A stretch of DNA of 64,000 nt from Squalus acanthias (taxonomy: Eukaryota), in assembly GCA_030390025.1 (NCBI GenBank), contig CM059433.1:3906001-3970000 (forward strand). The letters run 5' to 3'. Under the pieces are notes generated by a model. The model had not been told where the DNA came from. It saw only the letters and a program-made list of their open reading frames with translations, and did not search any database. The translations under genes were made by a program, and so were the position numbers. Position 1 is the stretch's first letter; every line of letters starts with the position of its first letter. Positions 37,763-49,437 of the stretch are shown here, in pieces.

Positions 37763-39019
37763 TTGCATATTTTAAATAGCCTCCTGACTGTTTTGGGCGG
37801 GAGAGCTGGGCCCCCTTTTAATGGCCTGCCTGAAAATTGAACCCGATGGACAAATGAGTATCCAAGGTGCCCCACCAGATATTCATCTTGCGGCCGCACA
37901 TTTTTCCTGTTGAGAATGGACAGCCAGTAGTTGGAAATATTCCCTCCCCCCATTGTGACAGAAATGGAAATTGCTGACTTTATTTTATTCAATTTTAGAT
38001 AGTTGGGCTGAATTTGAATTTTGCAAAAATGACCTGGACTTTGCAGGAGGCTCACTGTGTTTGGTGGTTCCATTACAGCATAGGTTTGATTATTATACTG
38101 GGTCAGTATTCGCCTTTGGATGTTCCTTCACTTGTAAATACATCTGACCAAGTACTGTACTTTTATCCTGCACACAGTGGCCTGGCTGAAGTGGCAGGAG
38201 AATGTGATGGATGTTCGCACAAACTCTCCAGCGAGCCACATATCCTGATTAGAGGCTGGAAACGCTAACTGGTGCTCAGCAGAGAGCTCTCTATGATCTA
38301 ATGGGACTTATTACTTGCAATCCTCCTGGGGCAAGGGGTAGACATCATTATAGCTTCCTCATTTATTGGATGTGGAGAAACAATGCAACTGATAAAAGTG
38401 TAAACACCAACAGCCAGAGATATGCTTCCCCAACCACAGTGCATCGCTGGCTGTAATTTGTGTTTGTTGAAGACAAATCTTCAAAGAAAGGACATCTATA
38501 TAAACTAAGGCTAGTCCTGCGGACTTCAGTCTTCTATGTCACACAACTTTCATGTGGAATGTGGATAGGAACTCCGGGAGTAAGCACTTCCTCTGATCAC
38601 CATCAGACATTGCTGCTAAAAAGTTACTCATCAGAACTACAAGGATTTTGAGATCTATGATTTGTTTTCTGTTTTTAAAACCGTTAATATTTTGTATAAG
38701 TTTGATTATTATACTGGGTCAGTACTCGCCTTTGGATGTTATTTCACTTGTAAATACATCTGACCAAGTACCAAGGCCTGGCTGAAGTGGTAGGAGAATG
38801 TGGTGGATGTTCGCACAAACTCTCTAGCGAGCCACATATCCTGATTAGAAACTGGAATCGCTAACTGGTGCACAGCAAAGAACGAAGACATGGGTTTCAG
38901 TTCTGAAGGACTGCTTCCTCCAAGTATTCACAAAAGAAGACATAAGCAGCATGCCCTACCCAAACAGAATTTCACCCGCCAAAACTAATGGCTTTGAACT
39001 GAGCTGGAAGTCCTAGTCA

Positions 39020-40160
39020 GACTAAAAGAGCTCGAAAACAAGACATTCTCCAGGATAGACGGGAGTATCACAGCTCGCTAAAAGAGACTAATGAGGCATT
39101 GACAGTCATTATGAGGGAATCACTTGGCACTGGGGAGCTACCAGTAGATTGAAACCAAGCCAATGTGTTGTCAATATTCAAAAAAAGGACGACAAATCAG
39201 ACTCAAGCAGTTCGATTTTGGGATGGGGAGAGGTGCTGAGTGGCGTGCCCCAGGGATCAGTATTAGGACCACTCCTGTTTCTAACTCACATCAATGACTT
39301 GGACTCAGAAACTGATTCCAAAATAAGGAGGGGGGGGGGGGATGGGTCGGTATTGGAATCTGAGAAGGCACTTTAGAAAATACAGAATGAGCTGGGCAAA
39401 ATATGTAAGCGAGCAGAACAGTCGCAGATAAAATTTAATGCAGGCAAGTGTAAAGAACAACATATTGGAAGGAGAAATAGGCACCGTGTACTCCATGGTT
39501 GCTGCTGAAATAGCTGATGATAATGTTGAAAAAGACTGAGGAGTCTTCGTAGACTCGGTGTTCAAAATGTCCAACCAATGCACAGCAACAATCAACAAAG
39601 CCAACAGAACGTTAAGCTGCATAGTCTGAACAGTCAAGTGGAAGACAGCGGGAGCCATAATCAAACGGAGATTACAGAGCTCTGGTCAGCCCACACCATG
39701 AGTACCATGTCCAGTTCTGGCCACTGAGACATTTAAGCACCGGAGGAGGTGCAAACAAGAGTCACAAGGCTGCTCCCTCCAGTCCTAGAGGTTTCAGCTA
39801 CTAGGGAATGTGAGCTCTTCAGCTTTGAAAGGCGATGTCTGAGAGCTGACCTTACAGAGGTGTGCAAGATTGAAACTTGGAGGGAACAGGTAAACCCAGA
39901 AAATCACTTTAAATTCAACTGTGAGATTAGGACAAGAAGTGACAGCTTTAATCTCGTAAAAGGCAATTTTAAGGAACTGCTATCAGGAGGTTCTTTACAC
40001 AGAGGGTGATAGACATATGAAATGAACTCCCGAGTGGAAGAGAAAATCCTGGAATCATTTAGGAGCCAACTGGATGCGGCAATGGAGGGGTTTCTGGGTC
40101 ACTCTGGACAGATGAGCTGAGATGGGCAAATCACCTCCCTCACTACAATGAATTATCTTG
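39020..40160 (+). mobile_element. Highly degraded CR1
   Basis: SGVPQGSVLGPLLF and LRADLTEVCKI. Confidence 0.75.
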
Positions 40161-40237
40161 TGAGATTCTGGGGTGGTTGTAACCCTGCTCACCCAACTGG
40201 CCATGGAGCTGGTGGGAGGTGACAGGTTCGATTTCAC

Positions 40238-41364
40238 CTGCTCTTCTGAGTAGACGCCAAGGATACCTTCCCAAAGCCGGCAGGGTCCTTTTGAACATAT
40301 GTATGATGTCATCGGGATCCGAGTGCAATTTTAACATCGGCGGCTTGAGCGGGAAAGGGCAGTGAGTTCCCGCCATGCCAATCCAGCAGTGAAGAGGATC
40401 GGGACCAGAAAAGGCCAAAAAGCTATGGTTTTTATATTAAAATATTAACTTTCCTCATGGGTCCAGTTGGAGCAGGAGTTCTCCTCTAGGAAAACTTAAG
40501 CCTTCCCTGCCCCGCACACGCCCACCCCACCACCACCACCAATCACAGGACACCCGCACAGGAGCCCCGCACGTGCCCACTCCACCCCACCACCACCACC
40601 AATCACAGGACCCCCGCACAGGAGCCCCGCACGCGCCCACCCCACCCCACCACCACCACCAATCACAGGACCCCCGCACAGGAGCCCCGCACGCGCCCAC
40701 CCCACCCCACCACCATCACCAATCACAGGACCCCACCCCCACCCACCAATCACAGGACCCCCGCACAGGAGCCCCGCACGCGCCCACCCCACCCCACCAC
40801 CACCACCAATCACAGGACCCCCGCACAGGATGCCCCCGGCAGCCCACCCCACCCCACCACCATCACCAATCACAGGACCCCCGCACAGGATGCCCCCGGC
40901 AGCCCACCCCACCAGTTACCTGGTGGATCGGGTGGAAATCATCTGCCAGGATTTAACTTGAGTCCTGGGAGTTAAAATACCCCGGGCCTCATTTCCGCGG
41001 CAAATTTTCTAACTCAGGCCCCTGCTCACCCAGCGAAAAGTGGCCCAGAGTTCAAATCGAGGCCTCTGTCTGCTTATGGAAATCGCAGTCTAGCCATGAA
41101 CACAAATATAGATATTGGGGAAAAGCCAAAGCCATAACACACATGTCCTTAGCATCCACATGGAATGTTTGAAACATATGGAGCACTTCCCCTTCCGAAT
41201 AGTCTGGGTTTTCTGCAGTGTCTGTGTGACTCTGTACATCTCTCTCAGCTCCGGCACTGTGGCGCATGGTGGTTTGTGTCTGCTTCAAGTCATTTTAAGT
41301 ACTTTCAAATTCCTTCTGCTGCTCCAGCAAGATCTTCGAACAAGTGTCAATAACGCGTTTTCTG
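40238..41364 (-). pseudogene. Candidate exon 7 with the HxD motif, split by a MITE (about 40324-41047)
   Basis: Acceptor ttttag(cag). Reads RKRVIDTCSKILLEQQKEFEST*NDLKQ...MFQTFHVDAKDMCVMALAFPQYLYLCSWLDCDFHKQ, then one inferred frameshift, then GLDLNSDPDDIIHMFKRTLPALGRYPWRLLRRA. Donor G|GTGAAA, phase 1. Confidence 0.7.
40505..40912. repeat. About 60-bp C-rich minisatellite, about 7 units, within a MITE
   Basis: Unit GGAGCCCCGCACGCGCCCACCCCACCCCACCACCACCACCAATCACAGGACCCCCGCACA. Confidence 0.93.
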
Positions 41365-41669
41365 CTAAAAGCCAAGCATTAGGAATTAAGCACAAACTGC
41401 TCCAATTGCCCCTTAACAAGCCACAAAAAAGAATGTTAACAGTGGATCGGTGTGTTAACGGCCATAACACCTGTTTATTCACAACAATTGTGCGAGAGGG
41501 GAGAAGAGAGCAGCTGCCTGGTTAGTGGAAACAAACAAATGACGTCACGTTAAGAGACATTTGGCATTTTGCGCTTTATTGCCAATTTAGAGATGGTAAT
41601 ATCCTGAGACAAAAGGAATTCTAAATTCACTTGAAGAAGAACTTCAGCTGAGATGTGAATCCGCAAAAT

Positions 41670-41960
41670 TCTCTCCGGTGGATGTGAAAGATCCCACGGC
41701 CACTATTTCAAAGAAGAGCAGAGGAGTTCTCCCCGGTGTCCTGGGGACCAATATTTATCCCTCAACCAACATCACTAAAACAGATTATCTGGTCATTATC
41801 ACGTTGCTGTTTGTGGGAGCTTGCTGTGCGCAAATTGGCTGCTGCATTTCCCACATTACAACAGTGACTCCACTTTAAAAATACTTCATTGGCTGTAAAT
41901 CGCTTTGGGACGTCCGGTGGTCGTGAAAGGCACTGTAGAAATGCGAGTCTGTCTTTCTTT
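41670..41960 (+). mobile_element. SINE 3' fragment of the same family (another at about 49060-49175, minus strand)
   Basis: Matches 48360-48650. Confidence 0.88.
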
Positions 41961-42923
41961 ATGATAGTGTAAGCAAGTGCGTTGACCATTGACCATGTCC
42001 AGGAAGAAGATGTAGATGACTCATCCTATTTGATTTAATCTGGCAAAACATCTAAGTGGCTGCAAAGTGCACTTAAATGCAGACAGCAGCACAGTCCAGG
42101 GTAGATGTTTATGGCCTTGCTATACAATCAGCCTTCATCAGCTTTCTTCCTCTTATTTTGCTGTTTCATAATTTGGCCTTGCATAGACGCCTGTTATTCA
42201 TTAACCCCGTGTTAGCTAAAGGAACACCCAGCATGAATATACAAGTAAGTTACAGTTTTTCCAGGAATCCCATTAAATTGTGCAATCCTGTTCACGTCTT
42301 GTGACGGAAGTAATGCCGATTGGGAGCCGGTCAGATGGCTCAGTAATTCATCAGTCAATGTCCATGCTGGGCTGCAAAATTATTGTAACGTCAAAATATT
42401 GAATCATTTAAAGCTTTCCAGTTAGCTCTCCGAGTGGTCATGAAGTTGTGAATCCAATGCTTGTGTCCTTCTGTTCTGAGGTTTGTCATCAGTCCTGTTT
42501 ATCAAAATCAGAAAACTCTGATTAACGCGCAGCCTTCTTTTAATTTACTTTGGAATAATTTTATTTAAGCAACGCGTGCTGATGAGATTCTTTTTTGAGA
42601 TTGCCGACTTGGGAGCGGGACTGAGCGCCATAGATAAACAGCTGAGGCTGAAGTAGCATTGGGTTAATTTCTGTGTGTCTCTGATATTAAATCAGCTTCC
42701 TGACACTGACAGCTGCAGTCATTAGCTCAAGCTCGTGGGGCTGCCTCTGCCACTGGTGTCGGCATTAGTCACAGTTTAACCCTTTCAGCACCACCAAGAA
42801 TGTCAATGATTTCAGTAAACTCCCCCACCTGGGCAGCTGACAACTTGCTTCTGCTTCTGGTGGCTAAAAATAAAGCCAAGGCTTGACCGATGTCTTTTAT
42901 GGAACAATCAGATTAAACTCTAA

Positions 42924-43649
42924 GTGGGAAAAATTGGGTTGCTTTGCACCTCCCGTTAGCGCCTCCCGAGGGCGCGGCGCCGCAAACGCCTCCCGCGAAA
43001 TTCAGCGGGAGGGTAGCTGGCGGCAGGTAGCCGGTAGCACCCCGCGGTGCTGCGCCTCCGGCTATGACGTCATCGCCGTGCGCAGCGCCCCACTCGCACC
43101 CCAGCCGCAAACTTGGCTCGCGCCCCCTGACCTATTGCCGGACGCTGTGTCCGACAGGTCAGGATGTCGTGTCTTGCGGCCGGGGCGGCGATAATTAAAG
43201 GGCAGGTGCCGCGCGGCAAAAATTTTTTTGGCGATAATTAGAGGTCAGCATCTGCCCCCTCTGGCCTTCTCCTGCGGGATGCCAGCCGCGATCGCTCAGC
43301 CCGGCGCTCCTCTTGAGTGCCGGGCTCTTTTGCCGGCACCCCGCTCCCCAGTGGTCCAGCAGGGCCCCGGTGCACGATGCGCTAGGCCCCTCCCCTTTAA
43401 TCAGGGGAGGGAAGCCTGCAGTACCGCGGCGCTACGTGTCGATGCGCATGGAGAAGCTGCACGTAGCGCCGCGATATTCAATGGGGGCGCCCCAAGAGGG
43501 AGGGGGAGCGTTTCCACTAGCGCCCCGCCTCCTGCTTGGGGCGCTACCATTCAATTTCGGGCGCGGGGGCGCTTCTTTTTTCGGGGCAATAAAAGTAGCA
43601 TCCCGGCGAAGTTATCGCCCCAAAGGGGGCACGAGCCAATTTTCCCCCC
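42924..43649. mobile_element. GC-rich PIF/Harbinger-type MITE
   Basis: TIR GTGGGAAAAATTGG / CCAATTTTCCCCCC and TSD TAA. Confidence 0.85.
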
Positions 43650-43947
43650 TAAGAATGCACTTTTGACTTTACTGATTCTCACTGTGAAGAACAGTTCAGC
43701 AGTTCCTGATAGTTCAGTTCAAAGGAACAATGATGTTCCAGGTCGGAAAAATATAATAAAAATGAGTCAGTGGAGTGATTGACAGGTCACTCAGTATGAT
43801 AGGAGCATTGCATAAATAAATCATCGACAACTTACACTGATAAAGGTAACACTGATGGCCACCTAGGGAGAAAGGTACAAATGATATCTATTGGCTGTAC
43901 CAGGACAATGTATGTGTTTTAATTATATGCTTCATTTTAGATTCATT

Positions 43948-44573
43948 GGGCTGGATTTTCATTGACCCGTGGAGGCGGGTTTGGAGGCGTGTGGGGGGTT
44001 AAAATTGCGAAAACTGGCGGGCGGGCACAAGCCCGCCTCCATCCCGCCTCCACGCGATTTGCATTAAATCGTGTTTGCTGGTCCCGACTCCGGCTGTTAA
44101 GGCCCTTAACAAGCACTAAATTGCCTCTATAATGCCATTTTGAAAGGCCTTGGTGATTTTAACCCTGGTTCTACGTGAAGCACACCTGTTCTGAACCACG
44201 ATTGTGAAACCTGGCTGGCTATGGGGATGCATATATGGATAGCTATGTGGATGGTATATATGGATGGATAGAGAGGAGACATATCTGGGAGTGGTGGTGT
44301 AAAAATATCTGGGAGCAGACTTAGGACTGCTGCTGCTTATTTTGCAGGTCCTCTCACAGCAAAGGCCAGGCAGTCTTTGAAGACCTTCAATGCAGCAGCA
44401 ATGATGACATCATCAAAGGTGACTTTCAGACTGAAAACACTAATTGGTTCATGGGTTTCCACATGCTGGAACTCAATTGCCCAATTAGGTGAAAATCGCA
44501 TCAATCTCCCACATCCAATTGCAGTCGGGTGGATAACACGACCCCAACCCGCCCCAGTATCAAAATCCAGCCC
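43948..44573. mobile_element. Non-autonomous TIR element related to 20669
   Basis: TIR GGGCTGGATTTT / AAAATCCAGCCC and shared subterminal GGAGGCGGGTTTGGAGG. Confidence 0.75.
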
Positions 44574-44969
44574 TATGTGTATTTGTGATATGATGATGGG
44601 GGAGATTTTCCAAGACAGGCCCAAAGCGGGCGTGATATTGGCAGTGTGCCCACGGTGCCAGCCCAAGGCCATGGTTGGGTCGCCCGACCATTTTCAGGTT
44701 TGAGCCACATTTAAGTTTTACTGACAACCCTTGGGTGATTAACGGGAGCCCCCCGCTGCAGCTGACCGGCTTAATGCGGTTGAGAATTGTCCAGCTTCTG
44801 CAGAAAGCCGGCTGGCAGGTAGCGCGGCCCCCCTCACCCTGACAAAAATCTTTAAAAACAAGAGCAGTCACTCAACACCTGGGAAAACGGGACTAGCATG
44901 TAGTTGGGCTCTCCCTTGCTGGAGACAGTCATTGCTTGGCCTTTGTGCGGTTTGCATGTTACTGGCCAC

Positions 44970-45210
44970 TTAATAGCCCTTAGCGTGGATGTTATCCAGG
45001 TCTTGCTGCGTGCGGGCATTATCTGAGGAATTCCAGATGGAACTCAACTCTGTGCGCTCATCGATAAACAGCCCCACTTCTGACCTTATGATGGAGGGAA
45101 GGTCATTGGTGAAGCAGCTGAAGATGGTTTGGCCTAGGACGCTGCTCTGAGGAACACCTGCAGCGATGTTCTGGGACTGAAATAACTGACCTCCAACAAT
45201 CACAACCATT
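44970..45210 (-). mobile_element. LINE RT fragment
   Basis: AGVPQSSVLGQTIFSCFTNDLP. Confidence 0.75.
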
Positions 45211-45544
45211 TTTCTGTGCTTAATGGTATTTTTTCAGGCAAGAAACAGGTAACCAGCAGTTGCAAATACCACCACACCCCCCCCTCCCCGTCCCACCATA
45301 TTTATTATAATTATCATTAGATATCAATATAATAATAAATCCCTTTTATGTAGTGTTACTGAAATGTTAACCCTTCCATCTGCATAGATGGGTTGTCATA
45401 TTCAGGTTTAAGTGGGCAGCAAATGGTGCAAATGAGACAACTGATCTTAGAATACTGAACCTTTACTTAGTGCTTGAAAATCATGTCAAAAAATCCTCTC
45501 ATTTGGAGTCAATTTTCAACCATTCAGAGGCTAATTCTTTTACG

Positions 45545-48316
45545 AGTGCAGCACTGAGGGAGCGCCGCACTGTCGGAGGGTCAGTACTGAGGGAGTGCCG
45601 CACTGTCGGAGGGGCAGTACTGAGGGAGCGCGGCACTGTCGGAGGGGCAGTACTGAGGGAGCGCCGCACTGTCAGAGGGTCAGTACTGAGGGAGTGCCGC
45701 ACTGTCGGAGGGGCACTACTGAGGGAGTGCTGCACTGTCGGAGGGGCAGTACTGAGGGAACGCCGCACTGTCAGAGGGTCAGTACTGAGGGAGTGCCGCA
45801 CTGTCGGAGGGGCACTACTGAGGGAGCGCTGCACTGTCGGAGGGTCAGTACTGAGGGAGTGCCGCACTGTCAAAGGGGCAGTACTGAGGGAGAGCCGCAC
45901 TGTTGGAGGGTCAGTACTGAGGGAGTGCCGCACTGTCGGAGGGGCAGTACTGAAGGAGTGCTGCACTGTCGGAGGGACAGTACTGAGGGAGCGTGCACTG
46001 TCGGAGCGGCAGTACTAAGGAAGCGCCGCACTGTCGGAGGGGCAGTACTGAGGGAGCGCGGCACTGTCGGAGGGGCAGTACTGAGGGAGCACCGCACTGT
46101 CAGAGGGTCAGTACTGAGGGAGTGCCGCACTGTCGGAGGGGCACTACTGAGGGAGTGCTGCACTGTCGGAGGGGCAGTACTGAGGGAACGCCGCACTGTC
46201 AGAGGGTCAGTACTGAGGGAGTGCCGCACTGTCGGAGAGGCACTACTGAGGGAGCGCTGCACTGTCGGAGGGTCAGTACTGAGGGAGTGCCGCACTGTCA
46301 AAGGGGCAGTACTGAGGGAGAGCCGCACTGTTGGAGGGTCAGTACTGAGGGAGTGCCGCACTGTCGGAGGGGCAGTACTGAGGGAACGCCGCACTGTCAG
46401 AGGGTCAGTACTGAGGGAGTGCCGCACTGTCGGAGGGGCACTACTGAGGGAGCGCTGCACTGTCGGAGGGTCAGTACTGAGGGAGTGCCGCACTGTCAAA
46501 GGGGCAGTACTGAGGGAGAGCCGCACTGTTGGAGGGTCAGTACTGAGGGAGTGCCGCACTGTCGGAGGGGCAGTACTGAAGGAGTGCTGCACTGTCGGAG
46601 GGACAGTACTGAGGGAGCGTGCACTGTCGGAGCGGCAGTACTAAGGAAGCGCCGCACTGTCGGAGGGGCAGTACTGAGGGAGCGCGGCACTGTCGGAGGG
46701 GCAGTACTGAGGGAGCGCGGCACTGTCGGAGGGGCAGTACTGAGGGAGTACCGCACTGTCGGAGGGTCAGTACTGAGGGAGCGACGCACTGTCGGAGGGT
46801 CAGTACTGAGGGAGCACCACACTGTCAGAGGGTCAGTACTGAAGGAGCGCCGCACTGTCGGAGGGTCAGTGCTGAGGGAGCGCTGCACTGTCGGAGGGGC
46901 AGTACTGAGGGAGCGCCGTACTGTCGGAGGAGCAGTACTGAGGGAGCACCGCGCTGTCGGAGGGACAGTACTGAGGGAGTGCTGCACTGTCGGAGGGTCA
47001 GTACTGAGGGAGCGCTGCACTGTCGGAGGGTCAGTACTGACGAAGCGCTGCACTGTCGGAGGGTCAGTACTGAGGGAGTGCAGCACTGTCGGAGGGGCAG
47101 TACTGAGGGAGCGCCGCACTGTCGGAGGAGCAGTACTGAGGGAGTGCTGCACTGTCGGAGGGGCAGTACTGAGGGAGTGCTGCACTGTCGGAGGGGCAGT
47201 ATTGAGGGAGTGCTGCACTATTGGAGGGGCAGTACTGAGGGAGTGCTGCACTGTCGGAGGGGCAGTAATGAGGGAACGCCGCACTGTCAGAGGGTCAGTA
47301 CTGAGGGAGTGCCGCACTGTCGGAGGGGCAGTACTGAGGGAGCGCTGCACTGTCGGAGGGTCAGTACTGAGCTAGCGCTGCACTGTCGGAGGGGCAGTAC
47401 TGAGGGAGCGCCGCATTGTCGGAGGAGCAGTACTGAGGGAGCGCGGCACTGTCGGAGGGGCAGTACTGAGGGAGTGCTGCACTGTCGGAGGGGCAGTACT
47501 GAGGGAACGCCGCACTGTCAGAGGGTCAGTACTGAGGGAGTGCCGCACTGTCAGAGGGTCAGTACTGAGGGAATGCCGCACTGTCGGACGGGCAGTACTG
47601 AGAGAGTGCTGCACTATCGGAGGGGCAGTACTGAGGGAACGCCGCACTGTCAGAGGGTCAGTACTGAGGGAGTGCTGCACTGTCGGAGGGGCACTACTGA
47701 GGGAGCGCTGCACTGTCGGAGGGTCAGTACTGAGGGAGTGCCGCACTGTCGGAGGGGCAGTACTGAGGGAGCGCCGCACTGTCGGAGGGTCAGTACTGAG
47801 GGAGTGCCGCACTGTCGGAGGGTCAGTACTGAGGGAGCGCTGCACTGTCGGAGGGGCAGTACTGAGGGCGCGCCGCATTGTCGGAGGAGCAGTACTGAGG
47901 GAGCGCTGCACTGTCGGAGGGGCAGTACTGAGGGAGTGCTGCACTGTCGGAGGGGCATTACTGAGGGAACGCCGCACTGTTAGAGGGTCAGTACTGAGGG
48001 ATTGCCGCACTGTCGGAGGGGCATTACTGAGGGAGCGCTGCACTGTCGGAGGGTCAGTACTGAGGGAGTGCCGCACTGTCAGAGGGTCAGTACTGAGGGA
48101 GTGCCGCACTGTCGGAGGGGCATTACTGAGAGAGTGCTGCACTATCGGAGGGGCAGTACTGAGGGAGTGCTGCACTGTCGGAGGGGCACTACTGAGGGAG
48201 CGCTGCACTGTCGGAGGGTCAGTACTGAGGGAGCACCGCACTGTCGGAGGGGCAGTACTGAGGGAGTGCTGCACTGTCAGAGGGGCAGTACTGAGGGAGT
48301 GCTGCACTGTCGGAGG
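45545..48316 (+). repeat. 33-bp minisatellite, about 84 units, derived from a SINE body
   Basis: Unit GCACTGTCGGAGGGGCAGTACTGAGGGAGTGCC. It runs directly into the SINE 3' part. Confidence 0.98.
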
Positions 48317-48652
48317 TGCCGTCTTTCGGATGAGACGTTAAACCGAGGCCCCGTCTGCTCTCTCGGGTGGACGTAAAAGATCCCACGGCACTATTTCGAA
48401 GAAGAGCAGGGGAGTTATCCCCGGTGTCCCGGGACCAATATTTATCCCTCAACCAACATAACAAAAACAGATTATCTGGTCATTATCACATTGCTGTTTG
48501 TGGGAGCTTGCTGTGCGCAAATTGGCTGCCGCTTTTCCTACATTACAACAGTGACTACACTTCAACAAGTTCTTCATTGGCTGTAAAGCGCTTTGAGACG
48601 TCCGGTGGTTGTGAAAGGCGCTATAGAAATGCAAGTCCTTCTTTCTTTCTTT
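48290..48652 (+). mobile_element. Deu-domain-like SINE 3' part with (CTTT)n tail
   Basis: Matches 58645-58985. Confidence 0.9.
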
Positions 48653-49437
48653 GCCATTGCCCCCAGCTCCAAAATAGATATTGGAACCCTGGAGACAGAG
48701 AGAAACAGATAAGTTCAGTGCTTAACACTTTTTGGAGAAAAAAATCAATAGAATACAGTTAACTCTTCTTAATTCGAAGTTGCTTAGTTCTAATATTTTT
48801 TTTTTTAAATCTCCTCTCAGGATGTGGGGACCTTGGCAAGGCCTGCAGTTATCGCCCATCCGTTGTTGCCCAGAGAAGGTGCTGGGCCTTGTCTTTGAAC
48901 CCCTGCAGTCCTTGCTTCCACAATAGTCTATCATTTACGTTGCTTCATTCAAATTACCTGATAATTCAATTTTTTCAGGGCAAAAATGACTTCAAATTCG
49001 AGGTCGCTTAGGTATTGGATAAAATAAAGTAAAATTTAAGTTACTAAAGATAAATACTAGAAAGAAAGAAAGACTTGCATTTCTATAGCGCCTTTCACGA
49101 CCACCGGACGTCTCAAAGTGCTTTACAGCCAATGAAGTACTTTTGGAGTGTAGTCACTGTTGTAATGTGGGAAACTAGAGGAGATGAAGAGGAAGAGAGA
49201 ATCGAAGCGAAACGGTGAGACAGGATGAGTAGAAATGAGTAAACTGATATTTGTTTTCGATTGTTTATTTTACTTGGATAGGGTTAATATTACAGGAAGA
49301 AAACTACTCCTCCCTCTACTCTGGAAGTGTTAATATTTTCTCAGCGCCCTATGGATACCAGTTTAACAAATAGCTGACCCAGGGAGACTGGAATTTCCTT
49401 GTCTTGTCAGCAGTTCAATAGTTAAGTTATTACTCGC

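Larger units (their letters stand above)
45467..48688 (-). pseudogene. Candidate exon 6, split by a SINE carrying a 33-bp minisatellite
   Basis: Strong acceptor tctgtttctctctgtctccag. Rejoining across the TTCTTT duplication gives GSNIYFGAGGNGKELASEWLKIDSK*EDFLT*FSST. Donor AA|GTAAAG, phase 2. Confidence 0.7.

Noticed and set aside
45470..48376. Long repetitive ORFs (HCRRGSTEG, LSTAPPTV) as mucin-like genes
   Set aside because: They are by-products of a stop-poor 33-bp SINE-derived array, open in several frames on both strands.
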